A stretch of 40,999 nt of DNA from Patescibacteria group bacterium UBA5272 (GTDB taxonomy: Bacteria > Patescibacteriota > Minisyncoccia > Phycocordibacterales > UBA5272): contig DHTA01000002.1 of NCBI GenBank assembly GCA_002408565.1, positions 21,873 to 62,871 of the forward strand, given 5' to 3'. Below the pieces are notes generated by a model that was not told where the DNA came from, did no database searches, and saw only the letters and a list, made by a program, of their open reading frames with translations. This document shows positions 17,130-26,829 of the stretch, piece by piece. The number at the start of each line of letters is the position of its first letter. Position 1 is the first letter of the stretch. The translations under genes were made by a program, and so were the position numbers.

Positions 17130-17912
17130 ATGAAAAATTTAAGTATTATTTTAATTTCTTTTTTCGTGTTTATTTCTTGTACCAAAAATCAGGAAGATGT
17201 GATGACTGTAGAAGATGTGACAGTCGAATTTAATTGCAAATCGGTTGTTCAGTCAATCGAGGAGGATTTTCGTACAAGAAGTGTTACGGTGGATGCTGTC
17301 CACAAATTCCCAGAAAAGTATACGGCATATTTTGTGGCGGCAGAAACTGTAGGTATGTATTCCAAAGGACAACTTATCAAATCTTTTGAGGTTAATCAGA
17401 ATGCGAATACTATTATTGTCCCAAAAATAAAGTATGACGTGTATGTGACCAATTATGAACAAGATGGTTCTTGGTACACTTGGACAAATGCGAAAGATCA
17501 ATTGCCGCAAGGTTCTGAGACTTTGTACCTATATGGAAAAAACACAATTGATTATTCTAAAGTTCTGACCGGGGGAGTTGTATTACAAAACCCTTATGCG
17601 GCTGTGATGGTCTTGGATAATGAGTGGGTTACTGGTATCCCTTATCATTATGATTCTAATAAAAATTATTTCAAATCAGGTGATTGGTATGTGCTATACA
17701 TTCGAAACAAAACTTCAAACAGTAAGGTTCCGGTAACTATACCAAACTGGACCAGTCCCGATGTGATTATTAATAAATCAATAGAACCAAACAAGGTCTA
17801 CAAGTTTATCATTGACCCAGAAGTAGAAAGTACTGACTCTGAGGACAATTTTACAGTCGATATAACCGAGTTTACAGAGACTGTAGAAGACACAGTCAAT
17901 CCATTTGACTAG
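17130..17912 (+). CDS. Predicted lipoprotein, beta-rich, Bacteroidota-like signal peptide
   Basis: MKNLSIILISFFVFIS-C-TKNQED lipobox; own promoter TTGATA-17-TAATAT (16962-16990); terminator near 17948-17975. Confidence 0.75.
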   Translation: MKNLSIILISFFVFISCTKNQEDVMTVEDVTVEFNCKSVVQSIEEDFRTRSVTVDAVHKFPEKYTAYFVAAETVGMYSKGQLIKSFEVNQNANTIIVPKIKYDVYVTNYEQDGSWYTWTNAKDQLPQGSETLYLYGKNTIDYSKVLTGGVVLQNPYAAVMVLDNEWVTGIPYHYDSNKNYFKSGDWYVLYIRNKTSNSKVPVTIPNWTSPDVIINKSIEPNKVYKFIIDPEVESTDSEDNFTVDITEFTETVEDTVNPFD

Positions 17913-18100
17913 AGCCTTAGTGGCGTTTTCTTAAAATTCTTAAATAATCCTTTCGCTTTTTGCGGAAGGTTTTTTAATTTGATTTGACTTTATTTTAAAA
18001 AAGAGTAATATATAGTTATATTTTAAGACGCCGAAAGGCGTTTTAAAAATGAGAGTTTTGTGGTAAAATCTTAATGAAATCTATAAATGAAATTTAAAAT

Positions 18101-18283
18101 ATGAACAGTATCGTTAATTATTTAAAATCTGTACGAAGTGAACTAAAGCATGTAGTTTGGCCAACAAAAAACGTTGTGATTAATCACTCGATTTTGGTAA
18201 TAGTAATTTCTGTGGTTACGGCAGCATTTCTTTTCGGTTTAGACACATTCTTCACAATGGTTCTCGGTTTTTTTATTAGCTAA
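18101..18283 (+). CDS. secE: Preprotein translocase subunit SecE
   Basis: YLKSVRSELKHVVWPT plus TM helix; directly upstream of nusG. Confidence 0.95.
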   Translation: MNSIVNYLKSVRSELKHVVWPTKNVVINHSILVIVISVVTAAFLFGLDTFFTMVLGFFIS

Positions 18284-18310
18284 ATTTAATTAATTTTAAT
18301 TATCAAAAAT

Positions 18311-18856
18311 ATGGCAAAACAAGAACTTGGCGGAGAAAGGTGTTGGTATGCTATACACACATATAGCGGATATGAAAATGCTGTACTTCGCAATTTAAAA
18401 CAAAGAATATCTTCTCTTGGTTTAGAGGATAAGATTTTTGATGTGATTGTCCCTGTAGAAAAGAAAATCAAAGTCAAGGGAAGCAAAAGAGTTGAAGTTG
18501 AAGAAAAAATTTATCCAGGATATGTTTTAGTGGATATGATTGTAGATGACGATTCTTGGTATCAAGTTAGAAATACTCCGCGAGTAACAGGTTTTGTCGG
18601 AAGTGGAACTACTCCTGTGCCGCTAGCTAAAAAAGAATTAGATTATATTTTTTCTAGAATGAAAGAAGCTGAAACTACTCACGATATTTCTGTTGAAGAA
18701 GGGGAGATAGTTTCTATCATTGACGGCCCTTTTAAAGATTATGAAGGAAAAGTTTCTGAAGTTGACAGGGCAAGAGGTAAATTAAAAGTCCTGGTTTCTA
18801 TGTTCGGCAGAGAAACCCCTCTAGAATTAGACTTTTTACAAATTAAAAAACTTTAA
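18311..18856 (+). CDS. nusG: Transcription termination/antitermination factor NusG
   Basis: WYAIHTYSGYE, YPGYVLV, VRNTPRVTGFVG, KOW motif GPFKDYEG, MFGRETPLEL. Confidence 0.98.
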   Translation: MAKQELGGERCWYAIHTYSGYENAVLRNLKQRISSLGLEDKIFDVIVPVEKKIKVKGSKRVEVEEKIYPGYVLVDMIVDDDSWYQVRNTPRVTGFVGSGTTPVPLAKKELDYIFSRMKEAETTHDISVEEGEIVSIIDGPFKDYEGKVSEVDRARGKLKVLVSMFGRETPLELDFLQIKKL

Positions 18857-18909
18857 TTTTGAATTTAAAATAAATCGTGCTAGAATGCACGAACTATAAG
18901 AATAATTTT

Positions 18910-19335
18910 ATGGCTAAAGCAAAAAAAATACTTAAATATGTAAAGGTGGAAATCGAGGCTGGAAAGGCTACGCCAGCTCCTCCGCTTGGACCAGCTCTTG
19001 GACAAGCTGGTGTTCAAATTGGAGACTTTGTAAATAAGTTCAATGCTGACACTAAAGAGATGCAAGGTAGACTTCCAGTCAAAATTTATGTCTACGAAGA
19101 CAGGACTTACGACTATGTTATCAAATCTCCAACAGCTTCTTATTTGATTAAAAAAGCAGCTGGCGTTGACAAGGGGTCTGTTAAACCAAAGCTTTCTAAA
19201 GCGGGACAAATTTCTAAAGATAAAATTAGAGAAATTGCTGAAGTAAAAATGAAAGATTTGACAGCTAATACAGTAGAAGAAGCGATGAAGATTATTGAGG
19301 GGTCTGCAAAGTCAATGGGTTTGGAAGTTAAATAA
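18910..19335 (+). CDS. rplK: 50S ribosomal protein L11
   Basis: AGKATPAPPLGPALGQAG...GSAKSMG; ATG at 18910 preferred over 18877. Confidence 0.97.
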   Translation: MAKAKKILKYVKVEIEAGKATPAPPLGPALGQAGVQIGDFVNKFNADTKEMQGRLPVKIYVYEDRTYDYVIKSPTASYLIKKAAGVDKGSVKPKLSKAGQISKDKIREIAEVKMKDLTANTVEEAMKIIEGSAKSMGLEVK

Positions 19336-19403
19336 AAGACCAATAAAAATACTGAAATAGAAATACTAGAGATTTTTTAAAATTTTAGAGGTTTAAATTA
19401 GCT

Positions 19404-19443
19404 AACAAGCGAATAAAATGAAGAAATTATTCGCTTGTTTTTA
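19404..19443 (+). terminator. Terminator after rplK
   Basis: aacaagcgaataa...ttattcgcttgttttt. Confidence 0.75.
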
Positions 19444-19482
19444 TTTTCTCTATATTTTTGTTAAAATGAGAGTTATAAAATT

Positions 19483-21246
19483 ATGACTTTACTTGAAATT
19501 ATTAAAAAAGAACTAGAAAAAACCATTATCAATTTAGGCTATATTTCTTGGGATGGGGAGGTAAAATTTGATGTCTCATTTATTGATGAAATAAATGCAA
19601 AATTTGGAGACATTACTACCAATCTTGCCATGATACTTTCCAGAGAGATAGAGAAAGATACAAAAGGTGTAGCGAAAGATATAACCTCTGCCTTAAAAAA
19701 ATCCGAAGACTTTTCTAAAATTGTAAAAAGTATAGAGATTGCTCCGAATGGATTTATTAATTTCTTTTTGCAAGAAGAATTTTTAATTAAAGAAATAAAC
19801 AGAGTCTCAGGTCTAGATTTTGTAGAGACAAAATTCACAAATAAAAAGGTTCTAGTGGAACATTCCTCTCCCAATCTTTTTAAACCATTCCATTTGGGTC
19901 ATTTGATGAATAATATTATAGGAGAAAGTGTAGCCAAGATGATGAAAGCCACTAAAGCTGATTTAAGGATCATGTCTTTTCCTTCTGATATTTCTATTGG
20001 TATAGCTAAAGCTATTTTCATTTTAAAAAATAAAGAAAATTGGTCATTCTTTAACGAAGATATTATTAAAACTTTAGGAGAAGCCTATACTGAAGGGGTG
20101 AAATTTTATGAAGAAAATATTCCAAGACGAGATGAAATTAAAAAAATAGCCAGAAATCTTTTTGAAAGAAATGAGGAAACTGAAGATTATCGTATTTACA
20201 CTAAAGCTAAAGAAGTGAATATTGAGTATTTTGAAAGAATTGTCGGAATGCTTGGTACAAAGTTTGATAATCTAATTTACGAATCTGAAGCCGGCGTTCG
20301 TGGGGAAGAAATTGTAAAATCTTATCTTAATAAAGAAGCTCATAAGGAAATTTTTGAAATTGGAAAAGAGGGAGCAATAGTTTTTGACACCAAAAGGAAA
20401 AAAAATAATGAGACAGAGGAGACTGTTAAAAGCGTTTTCATTAATAGTGAAGGGTATCCTACTTATGAAGCAAAAGATCTTGGTCTTTTAGATTTAAAAT
20501 ATAGGTATTTCCCATTTGATTACAATTTTTTTATCACTGATAATGAACAGGTTCCTCATTTTGAAGTGGTCTTGCAAGTTGCTAAAGAGCTAGACGGTAA
20601 TTGGAAAGAAATTGCTGAAAAAAGTGAACATATTCCACACGGACGCTTAAATTTGAAAGGGGAAAGAATGTCTAGTCGCTTAGGAAATATTTTAACTGTT
20701 GAAGAAGTTTTGGGTATTGTGAATAAAAAAACTGAAGAGAGACTTTCAGAAAAAGTTGAAGGAATAACCGTTATTGAAAAAGAAAATCTAATTAAAAACA
20801 TTTCTCTTTCGGCGCTCAGAATAGCAATTTTAAAATCTCGTCCAGGGCTAAATATCGATTTTGATTTTGAAAACTCTTTAAGTTTTGAGGGGGCAACTGG
20901 TCCATATTTGCTTTATACTTATGCTAGAGCAAATTCTCTTTTAGAAAAAGTGGAAAATGTTAAACAGGAAAAGATAATTGTTGGAGAAAATAGTTTGCCT
21001 CTCATTAAAAAGATTATTCAGTTTGAAGCTGTAGCAAAAAAAGGGATTGAAGAATTAGCTCCGCAAACTATAGTTAAATATCTTTTTGAGATTTCTCAAG
21101 CTTTCAACACTTTTTATGCTAAAGAGAAATTTATTACTGACGATAAAAAATCTACGGATTCCAATTTAGCTTTAGTAAAAGATTTTCTTAAGGTTTTTAA
21201 ATTGGCTTTAAATATGGTCGGTATAGAAGAGGTAGGGAGAATGTAG
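19483..21246 (+). CDS. argS: Arginine--tRNA ligase
   Basis: SSPNLFKPFHLGH, MSSRLGN, GATGPYLLYTYARANS, C-terminal GRM. Confidence 0.95.
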   Translation: MTLLEIIKKELEKTIINLGYISWDGEVKFDVSFIDEINAKFGDITTNLAMILSREIEKDTKGVAKDITSALKKSEDFSKIVKSIEIAPNGFINFFLQEEFLIKEINRVSGLDFVETKFTNKKVLVEHSSPNLFKPFHLGHLMNNIIGESVAKMMKATKADLRIMSFPSDISIGIAKAIFILKNKENWSFFNEDIIKTLGEAYTEGVKFYEENIPRRDEIKKIARNLFERNEETEDYRIYTKAKEVNIEYFERIVGMLGTKFDNLIYESEAGVRGEEIVKSYLNKEAHKEIFEIGKEGAIVFDTKRKKNNETEETVKSVFINSEGYPTYEAKDLGLLDLKYRYFPFDYNFFITDNEQVPHFEVVLQVAKELDGNWKEIAEKSEHIPHGRLNLKGERMSSRLGNILTVEEVLGIVNKKTEERLSEKVEGITVIEKENLIKNISLSALRIAILKSRPGLNIDFDFENSLSFEGATGPYLLYTYARANSLLEKVENVKQEKIIVGENSLPLIKKIIQFEAVAKKGIEELAPQTIVKYLFEISQAFNTFYAKEKFITDDKKSTDSNLALVKDFLKVFKLALNMVGIEEVGRM

Positions 21247-21280
21247 TGGTTTTTAATGAATTAATTAGATAAATAAAATT

Positions 21281-24200
21281 ATGGAAGATAAAAATAAAAC
21301 AATAAATGAAAAAGAGTTAAAGGTTTTAGAATTCTGGAGAGATAATGAGATCTTTAAAAAGACTCTTTTAAATACTAAAAAAGAAAAAGGGGATAATAAT
21401 TTCACTTTTTATGATGGACCTCCTTTTGCTACAGGTGTGCCTCATCATGGGCATCTTTTAGCTGGAACTATTAAAGACGCAATCCCAAGATTTCAAACGA
21501 TGAATGGAAAATATGTTCGTCGTATGTGGGGATGGGATTGTCACGGACTTCCAATTGAAAATTTGATTGAAAAGAAATTTAATTTAAATTCTAAAAAAGA
21601 TATTGAAAGTTTTGGTGTTGGAAAATTTAATAAAGCTGCCAGAGAAAGTGTTTTTACTTATGAAAAAGAATGGAAAGAAACTGTGCCAAGATTTGGACGT
21701 TGGATAGATATGGATAATCCATACAAAACAATGGATTGTACTTATATAGAATCTGTTTGGTGGGCTTTTAAAGAGTTGGATAAAAAAGGATTAGTTTTTG
21801 AAGGCTATAAAAGTATGCATATTTGTCCTCGTTGTGAGACTACTTTGGCCCAGTCAGAAGTAGCTTTGGGTTATAAAGATTTAACAGATATTTCTGTGAC
21901 AGCTAAGTTTGAATTGGTTGATGAACCAAATACTTTTATATTAGCTTGGACAACTACCCCTTGGACTTTGCCTGGAAATGTTGCTTTGGCTGTAAATGCG
22001 GAAGTTGAATATGTAAAAGTTAAAGTAGAAACGGGAGAATATTTTATTTTGGCTAAAGAAAGAATGACTGAAGTGTTGGAAGAAAAAAAGTTTGAAATAG
22101 TCGAAGAGTTTTTAGGGGAAAAATTGATAGCTAAAAAATATAAACCAGTTTTCGATTATTATTTAAACGCAAACTTAGAAAATAAAGAAAATCTTTATAG
22201 CATAGTCTCTGCTCTTTTTGTAACGCTGGACACAGGTACAGGTGTGGTACATATTGCTCCCGCTTTTGGGGAGGATGACTTGGTGTTAGGCAAGGAAAAG
22301 TCTTTACCAATTATTAAACATGTTGAGCTTAATGGTGTCTTTTCTAAAGAGGTGAAAGATTTTGCTGGGATGAAAGTCAAAACCGCTGAAGATAATCAGT
22401 CGGCAGATATTGCAATTCTAAAGAATCTTGCTGAAAGAAATTTGATTTTCTCAAAAGAGAAACTGGTGCATGCTTATCCGACTTGTTGGCGTTGCGAAAC
22501 TCCACTTTTAAATTATGCGACAAGTTCTTGGTTTATAGATGTTCCTAAGATTAAAAATAATTTAATAGAAGCTAATTCAAAAATTAATTGGGTACCAGAA
22601 AATATTCGTGATGGAAGATTTGGAAAATGGTTAGAGGGAGCTAGAGAGTGGGCGGTTTCTCGTAGTCGTTATTGGGGAGCCTCTCTTCCTGTTTGGAAAG
22701 AGGTGGATGGAGAAGAGGTTAAAATTATTGGTTCACTTAAAGAGCTGGCGGAACATAATCTAGCTAAACCAAAAAATGAATACTATTTTATGCGTCATGC
22801 AGAAGCCCAGCATAATGCAAATGGTGTAGAAGAATCCGTGATGGATCCAAAAAATGTTTTAACGGAAAAAGGTATTGCTCAAGCTGAAAAATCAAGAGAC
22901 ATCAATAATGTAGATTTTGATGTGATTATTTCTTCTCCTTATTTGAGAACTCTAATGACAGCAGAAATTATAGCAGGAGAAAAAAAGGATCAAATCATTA
23001 TCGATGAAAACTTTAGAGAAATAGAGTTTGGTATTTATAGTGGAGAAAAAAAAGAGATACTTCGAGAAAAATACGGTAAAGATTTTCTAAAACTCAAAGC
23101 CAGACTTGATAGTAAAAGCGAAACTTATGGTGAGGTCATGAAGAGAGTGATGAGACGTTTGACCGAATTGGAAAAAGAATATGAAGGGAAGAAAATTTTA
23201 ATTGTCTCACACGGGGGTCCGATTCGAATGGCTATGGCAGCAGGACTACTCATGACAGAAGAAGAAATTATTGCCGATGAGACTGGTGGAGATTCTAAAA
23301 TTTATCCAGATACCGCTGAAATAAAAAAAATGGAATGGAAAATGGTGCCAAGAGATGAAGACGGAGAAATAAATTTACACCGTCCATATATTGATGAAGT
23401 TGTCTTAAAGAGTTCTAAAGGTACAGAAATGAGAAGAGTGGAATATGTTTTTGACTGCTGGTTTGAATCTGGCTCTATGCCTTTTGGACAATTTCACTAT
23501 CCTTTCGAAAACAAAGAATTATTTGAAAAGAGTTTCCCAGCAGATTTTATTGCTGAAGGATTGGATCAAACTAGGGGATGGTTCTATTCTCTTTTAAATT
23601 TATCAGTAGGAATTTTTGAAAAAGCTTCTTATAAAAACGTGATAGTAAATGGACTTTTGTTGGCTGCGGATGGAGAGAAAATGAGTAAAAGTAAAAATAA
23701 TTATACTGACCCAAATATTTTGGTGGAAAAATTTGGAGCAGACGCTTTTCGCTATTCGCTTCTTTCTTCTTCGGCTATGGCCGCAGAAAATACACCCTTT
23801 ACAGATGCTAATGTAGAAGAATCTTATAAAAAAGTGGTAATGAAATTAGAGAATGTTTTAAGTTTTTATCAAATGACTAAAGATGAGAATTTGACTACAA
23901 CTTTTTCTGAAAGTTTTGATGAAGAAAAAATGAAGAAGATGATAAAAGAAAGTCCTTTAGATAGTTGGATTTTTGCGAGATTTAATTCTGTTTTAGAAAA
24001 CGCTACTAAAATGATGAATGAGTATAAACTTGATTCTGCCACTCGGCCATTTGAAAAGTTTATTGATGATTTATCTACATGGTGGCTACGTCGCTCAAGA
24101 GAAAGGTTAAAAGGGGGTGGCTTAGAAAAGGAAGTTTCTCAATTTACTCTTTGGAAAATTTTATCCGAGTTTTCTAAGGTCATTGCTCCATTTATGCCTT

Positions 24201-24745
24201 TTATTTCAGAAAGAATTTATCAAGCTGTTAATCTAGAAAATGTAGGACAAAAAGAATCTGTTCATTTAGAATTTTGGCCAGAACGATTTATTGAAATAGA
24301 AGTGGAAGCTCTTAAAGAAATGGAAGAAGTGAGAGAGCTGGTTACTGAACTTCTTATGGTTAGACAAAAAAATAATATTCCAGTTCGACAACCTTTGGCT
24401 ACAGCTTATGTGAACAAAGAGATTAAAGAAAAATATTTAAATATCATTTCCGAAGAGTTAAATGTCAAGAAAGTAGAGATGAAACTTAAAGAGGAGAATG
24501 GTTTGGATTTAAATATCACTGACGAACTTAAAAAAGAAGGCGAATACAGAGAGTTTTCAAGAAAGGTGAAGGATTTAAGAAAAGAAAGTAGTCTTACCCC
24601 TAATGACACAGTTTCTCTTTTGGTAAAAACTAATCAGGAAAGAATGATTTTAATCAAAACCTTTGAAGAAGAAATTAAAAAAGATTGTAAATTATCTGAG
24701 ATAAAATACGAATTACAAGAAAAAGAAGAATTAATCTTCATATAA
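21281..24745 (+). CDS. ileS: Isoleucine--tRNA ligase (type 2-like) with inserted histidine phosphatase domain
   Basis: DGPPFATGVPHHGH, GWDCHGLP, WTTTPWTLP, SRSRYWG, EGLDQTRGWF, KMSKS; insert with RHAE and HGG. Confidence 0.96.
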   Translation: MEDKNKTINEKELKVLEFWRDNEIFKKTLLNTKKEKGDNNFTFYDGPPFATGVPHHGHLLAGTIKDAIPRFQTMNGKYVRRMWGWDCHGLPIENLIEKKFNLNSKKDIESFGVGKFNKAARESVFTYEKEWKETVPRFGRWIDMDNPYKTMDCTYIESVWWAFKELDKKGLVFEGYKSMHICPRCETTLAQSEVALGYKDLTDISVTAKFELVDEPNTFILAWTTTPWTLPGNVALAVNAEVEYVKVKVETGEYFILAKERMTEVLEEKKFEIVEEFLGEKLIAKKYKPVFDYYLNANLENKENLYSIVSALFVTLDTGTGVVHIAPAFGEDDLVLGKEKSLPIIKHVELNGVFSKEVKDFAGMKVKTAEDNQSADIAILKNLAERNLIFSKEKLVHAYPTCWRCETPLLNYATSSWFIDVPKIKNNLIEANSKINWVPENIRDGRFGKWLEGAREWAVSRSRYWGASLPVWKEVDGEEVKIIGSLKELAEHNLAKPKNEYYFMRHAEAQHNANGVEESVMDPKNVLTEKGIAQAEKSRDINNVDFDVIISSPYLRTLMTAEIIAGEKKDQIIIDENFREIEFGIYSGEKKEILREKYGKDFLKLKARLDSKSETYGEVMKRVMRRLTELEKEYEGKKILIVSHGGPIRMAMAAGLLMTEEEIIADETGGDSKIYPDTAEIKKMEWKMVPRDEDGEINLHRPYIDEVVLKSSKGTEMRRVEYVFDCWFESGSMPFGQFHYPFENKELFEKSFPADFIAEGLDQTRGWFYSLLNLSVGIFEKASYKNVIVNGLLLAADGEKMSKSKNNYTDPNILVEKFGADAFRYSLLSSSAMAAENTPFTDANVEESYKKVVMKLENVLSFYQMTKDENLTTTFSESFDEEKMKKMIKESPLDSWIFARFNSVLENATKMMNEYKLDSATRPFEKFIDDLSTWWLRRSRERLKGGGLEKEVSQFTLWKILSEFSKVIAPFMPFISERIYQAVNLENVGQKESVHLEFWPERFIEIEVEALKEMEEVRELVTELLMVRQKNNIPVRQPLATAYVNKEIKEKYLNIISEELNVKKVEMKLKEENGLDLNITDELKKEGEYREFSRKVKDLRKESSLTPNDTVSLLVKTNQERMILIKTFEEEIKKDCKLSEIKYELQEKEELIFI

Positions 24746-24767
24746 AATTTTGTGTTAGTATATTTTC

Positions 24768-25358
24768 ATGGCTATTGAGAAGTACACAACAGAGGCTTTT
24801 ATCTTAAAGCAGTACGAACAAGGAGAAAATGATTTAGTTTATAAGGTCTGGACTAAAGACTTTGGTATTATTTTTGCTTTAGCTAGATCTATACGAAAAG
24901 TGAATGCCAAATTACGCTTACTTTCCAAAAAGAACGATTTTTTAGTGATGACTTTTGTAAAGGGAAAAGACGTTTGGAGACTAACAGGGGTGGAAGAGTC
25001 TAAAGAAAAACTTTTCACTAACCAATACTCACTGGAAGTAAAAAAAATTATTGCGGAAGCTATAGATAAATTTGTTGAAGAAAAGAAGACTTATAAAAAA
25101 CTTTTTGAAAAATTAAAAAGTATTCTTTTAGAAGAGGAAGAAGGAAAAGAGAATGTTTTTCAAATACAAAAACTTAAACTTTTGATTTATTATCTAGTTT
25201 TGGTTGATACTGGATATGCTGATGCGCAAAAAATAGGAGCTAAAGATTTGGAAGAATATAAAACTTTTAGTGTTCACGATTTTTACACTCATTTAGTCTT
25301 AAATGAAAATGAAGTAAAAAAACACGTGGCTTTTGTGCTTAAAAATAGCATGTTATAA
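24768..25358 (+). CDS. recO: RecO N-terminal domain protein (DNA repair)
   Basis: TTEAFILKQYEQGENDLVYKVWTKDFGIIFALARSIRKVNAKL resembles the RecO OB fold. Confidence 0.8.
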   Translation: MAIEKYTTEAFILKQYEQGENDLVYKVWTKDFGIIFALARSIRKVNAKLRLLSKKNDFLVMTFVKGKDVWRLTGVEESKEKLFTNQYSLEVKKIIAEAIDKFVEEKKTYKKLFEKLKSILLEEEEGKENVFQIQKLKLLIYYLVLVDTGYADAQKIGAKDLEEYKTFSVHDFYTHLVLNENEVKKHVAFVLKNSML

Positions 25359-25367
25359 TATTTTTAT

Positions 25368-26744
25368 ATGGAAGTCACTCAAAAGGAAACTGTAAATGTT
25401 CCGGACTCTTGGGACGACAGTGACCTTAGAATTAAGATTACCGAAACCAAACCTAGAAAAAAAATGGATTTTGTTACTAAATTCTTTTTAATCTCTCTAG
25501 GGGCTTTTATTCTAGCTGTTTCAGTATTACTTTTTTCAATGTTTAATCAGACTTCGAATTTTTCTGAAAAGAAAATTGTTGTCTCAGCTTCTGGCCCAGC
25601 CAGTATCACTAGTGGAGAAGATGGGAATGTTTCGGTGACAATTTCCAATAATAATAAAATTCCAATTAATGAAGCTTATGTTATAGCCACTTATGATTCA
25701 GGGGAAAATTCTTCCGGAGATAAAAATCTTGTAAATAGAAGAATAGAAATAGGAGATGTTTTACCCCGATCTTCAGTAACTAAGACTTTGGATTTTAGAG
25801 TGTTTGGGGCTGAAGGGGTTATTAAAGAAGTTCAGCCAGTTTTATATTATAAAGTCCCAAAATCTAAAGCGGAATTTAATAAAAACATTAATGTAGTCAC
25901 TATTGCTATCAAAACTTCTCCGGTGAGTATAAATGTAAAAAATCTAAGAGAGGTTCATCAAGGTCATCAAGTCACTTTTGAAATTGTTGTTAGAAATAAC
26001 ACTAGAAACAAAATAAACGATTTGATAGTCTCAGCTAGAAACCCGAATGACTTTGTTTATATGTCTTCTTCTCTTGATTTGAAAGACAATTCTCCGTCTT
26101 GGAATATTGGAGATCTTAATGGAAATTCTGAAAAAACTTTGACTATGACAGGAAAATTGATAGGGGAAATTGGCTCAACTCCTGCTTTTACTTTTTTTGC
26201 CGGAGTTTCTGACCTGGAAAAAAATAATACAGCTACAAATACAACAAACACTTTTGAAAATTATAATACATTAGATAATGTGTACTCAAAAGTTGAAAAA
26301 ACTATTTTAGTAACAGGTCAATATTTAGATTTTGTATTATCTCCTAACACCTTAGGAGACAGGAGCACGGTTTTACCTGGAAGCACACTCACTTTGGAGT
26401 TGGATTATAAAAATAATTTGGCCTACTCTATTGATAAAGCTTATTTCACAGCTTTAGTTACTGGCTCAGGTTTTCAGTTTGCTAACATACAAGCTCAAAA
26501 TGCTATTTTATATGAAAATAATCAAAGTGTGGTTTGGAGTGAAAATAGTAGTCCTGAGTTTATAAGGATTCCAGCTTTTGGCGCAGGGAAAATGTATTTA
26601 AATATTTTTGTAGACAGTGAAGCAAAAGAAGGAGATGAGATTCGTGTTATTTTAAAAGCTAAAGGAGAGAGAAATTACGAAGAAGATGTTTCGAATGAGC
26701 AAGATAATTCTTATGAGAAAATTTGGAAGGTTTCTCGGGGTTAA
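25368..26744 (+). CDS. Membrane-anchored protein with tandem Ig-like beta domains
   Basis: TM near the N-terminus; repeated pattern GPASITSGEDGNVSVTISNN, GHQVTFEIVVRNN, PGSTLTLELDYKNN. Confidence 0.75.
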   Translation: MEVTQKETVNVPDSWDDSDLRIKITETKPRKKMDFVTKFFLISLGAFILAVSVLLFSMFNQTSNFSEKKIVVSASGPASITSGEDGNVSVTISNNNKIPINEAYVIATYDSGENSSGDKNLVNRRIEIGDVLPRSSVTKTLDFRVFGAEGVIKEVQPVLYYKVPKSKAEFNKNINVVTIAIKTSPVSINVKNLREVHQGHQVTFEIVVRNNTRNKINDLIVSARNPNDFVYMSSSLDLKDNSPSWNIGDLNGNSEKTLTMTGKLIGEIGSTPAFTFFAGVSDLEKNNTATNTTNTFENYNTLDNVYSKVEKTILVTGQYLDFVLSPNTLGDRSTVLPGSTLTLELDYKNNLAYSIDKAYFTALVTGSGFQFANIQAQNAILYENNQSVVWSENSSPEFIRIPAFGAGKMYLNIFVDSEAKEGDEIRVILKAKGERNYEEDVSNEQDNSYEKIWKVSRG

Positions 26745-26829
26745 TAAAAGTTAAATTCCAATAAATCAAGGTTTAGATTTCAAGGTTGATCATGATATAA
26801 TCAGCTTGTTAAAATTAAAGAATAATCTT

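Noticed and set aside
22770-23340. IleRS insertion as an intein or intron
   Set aside because: No C/S...HN splice junctions or homing endonuclease motifs; the sequence matches a histidine phosphatase
23378-23386. Partial ACCGTCCA match in ileS (and CCGTCCAA in ftsH)
   Set aside because: Only 8 nt, inside coding sequence; plausible by chance
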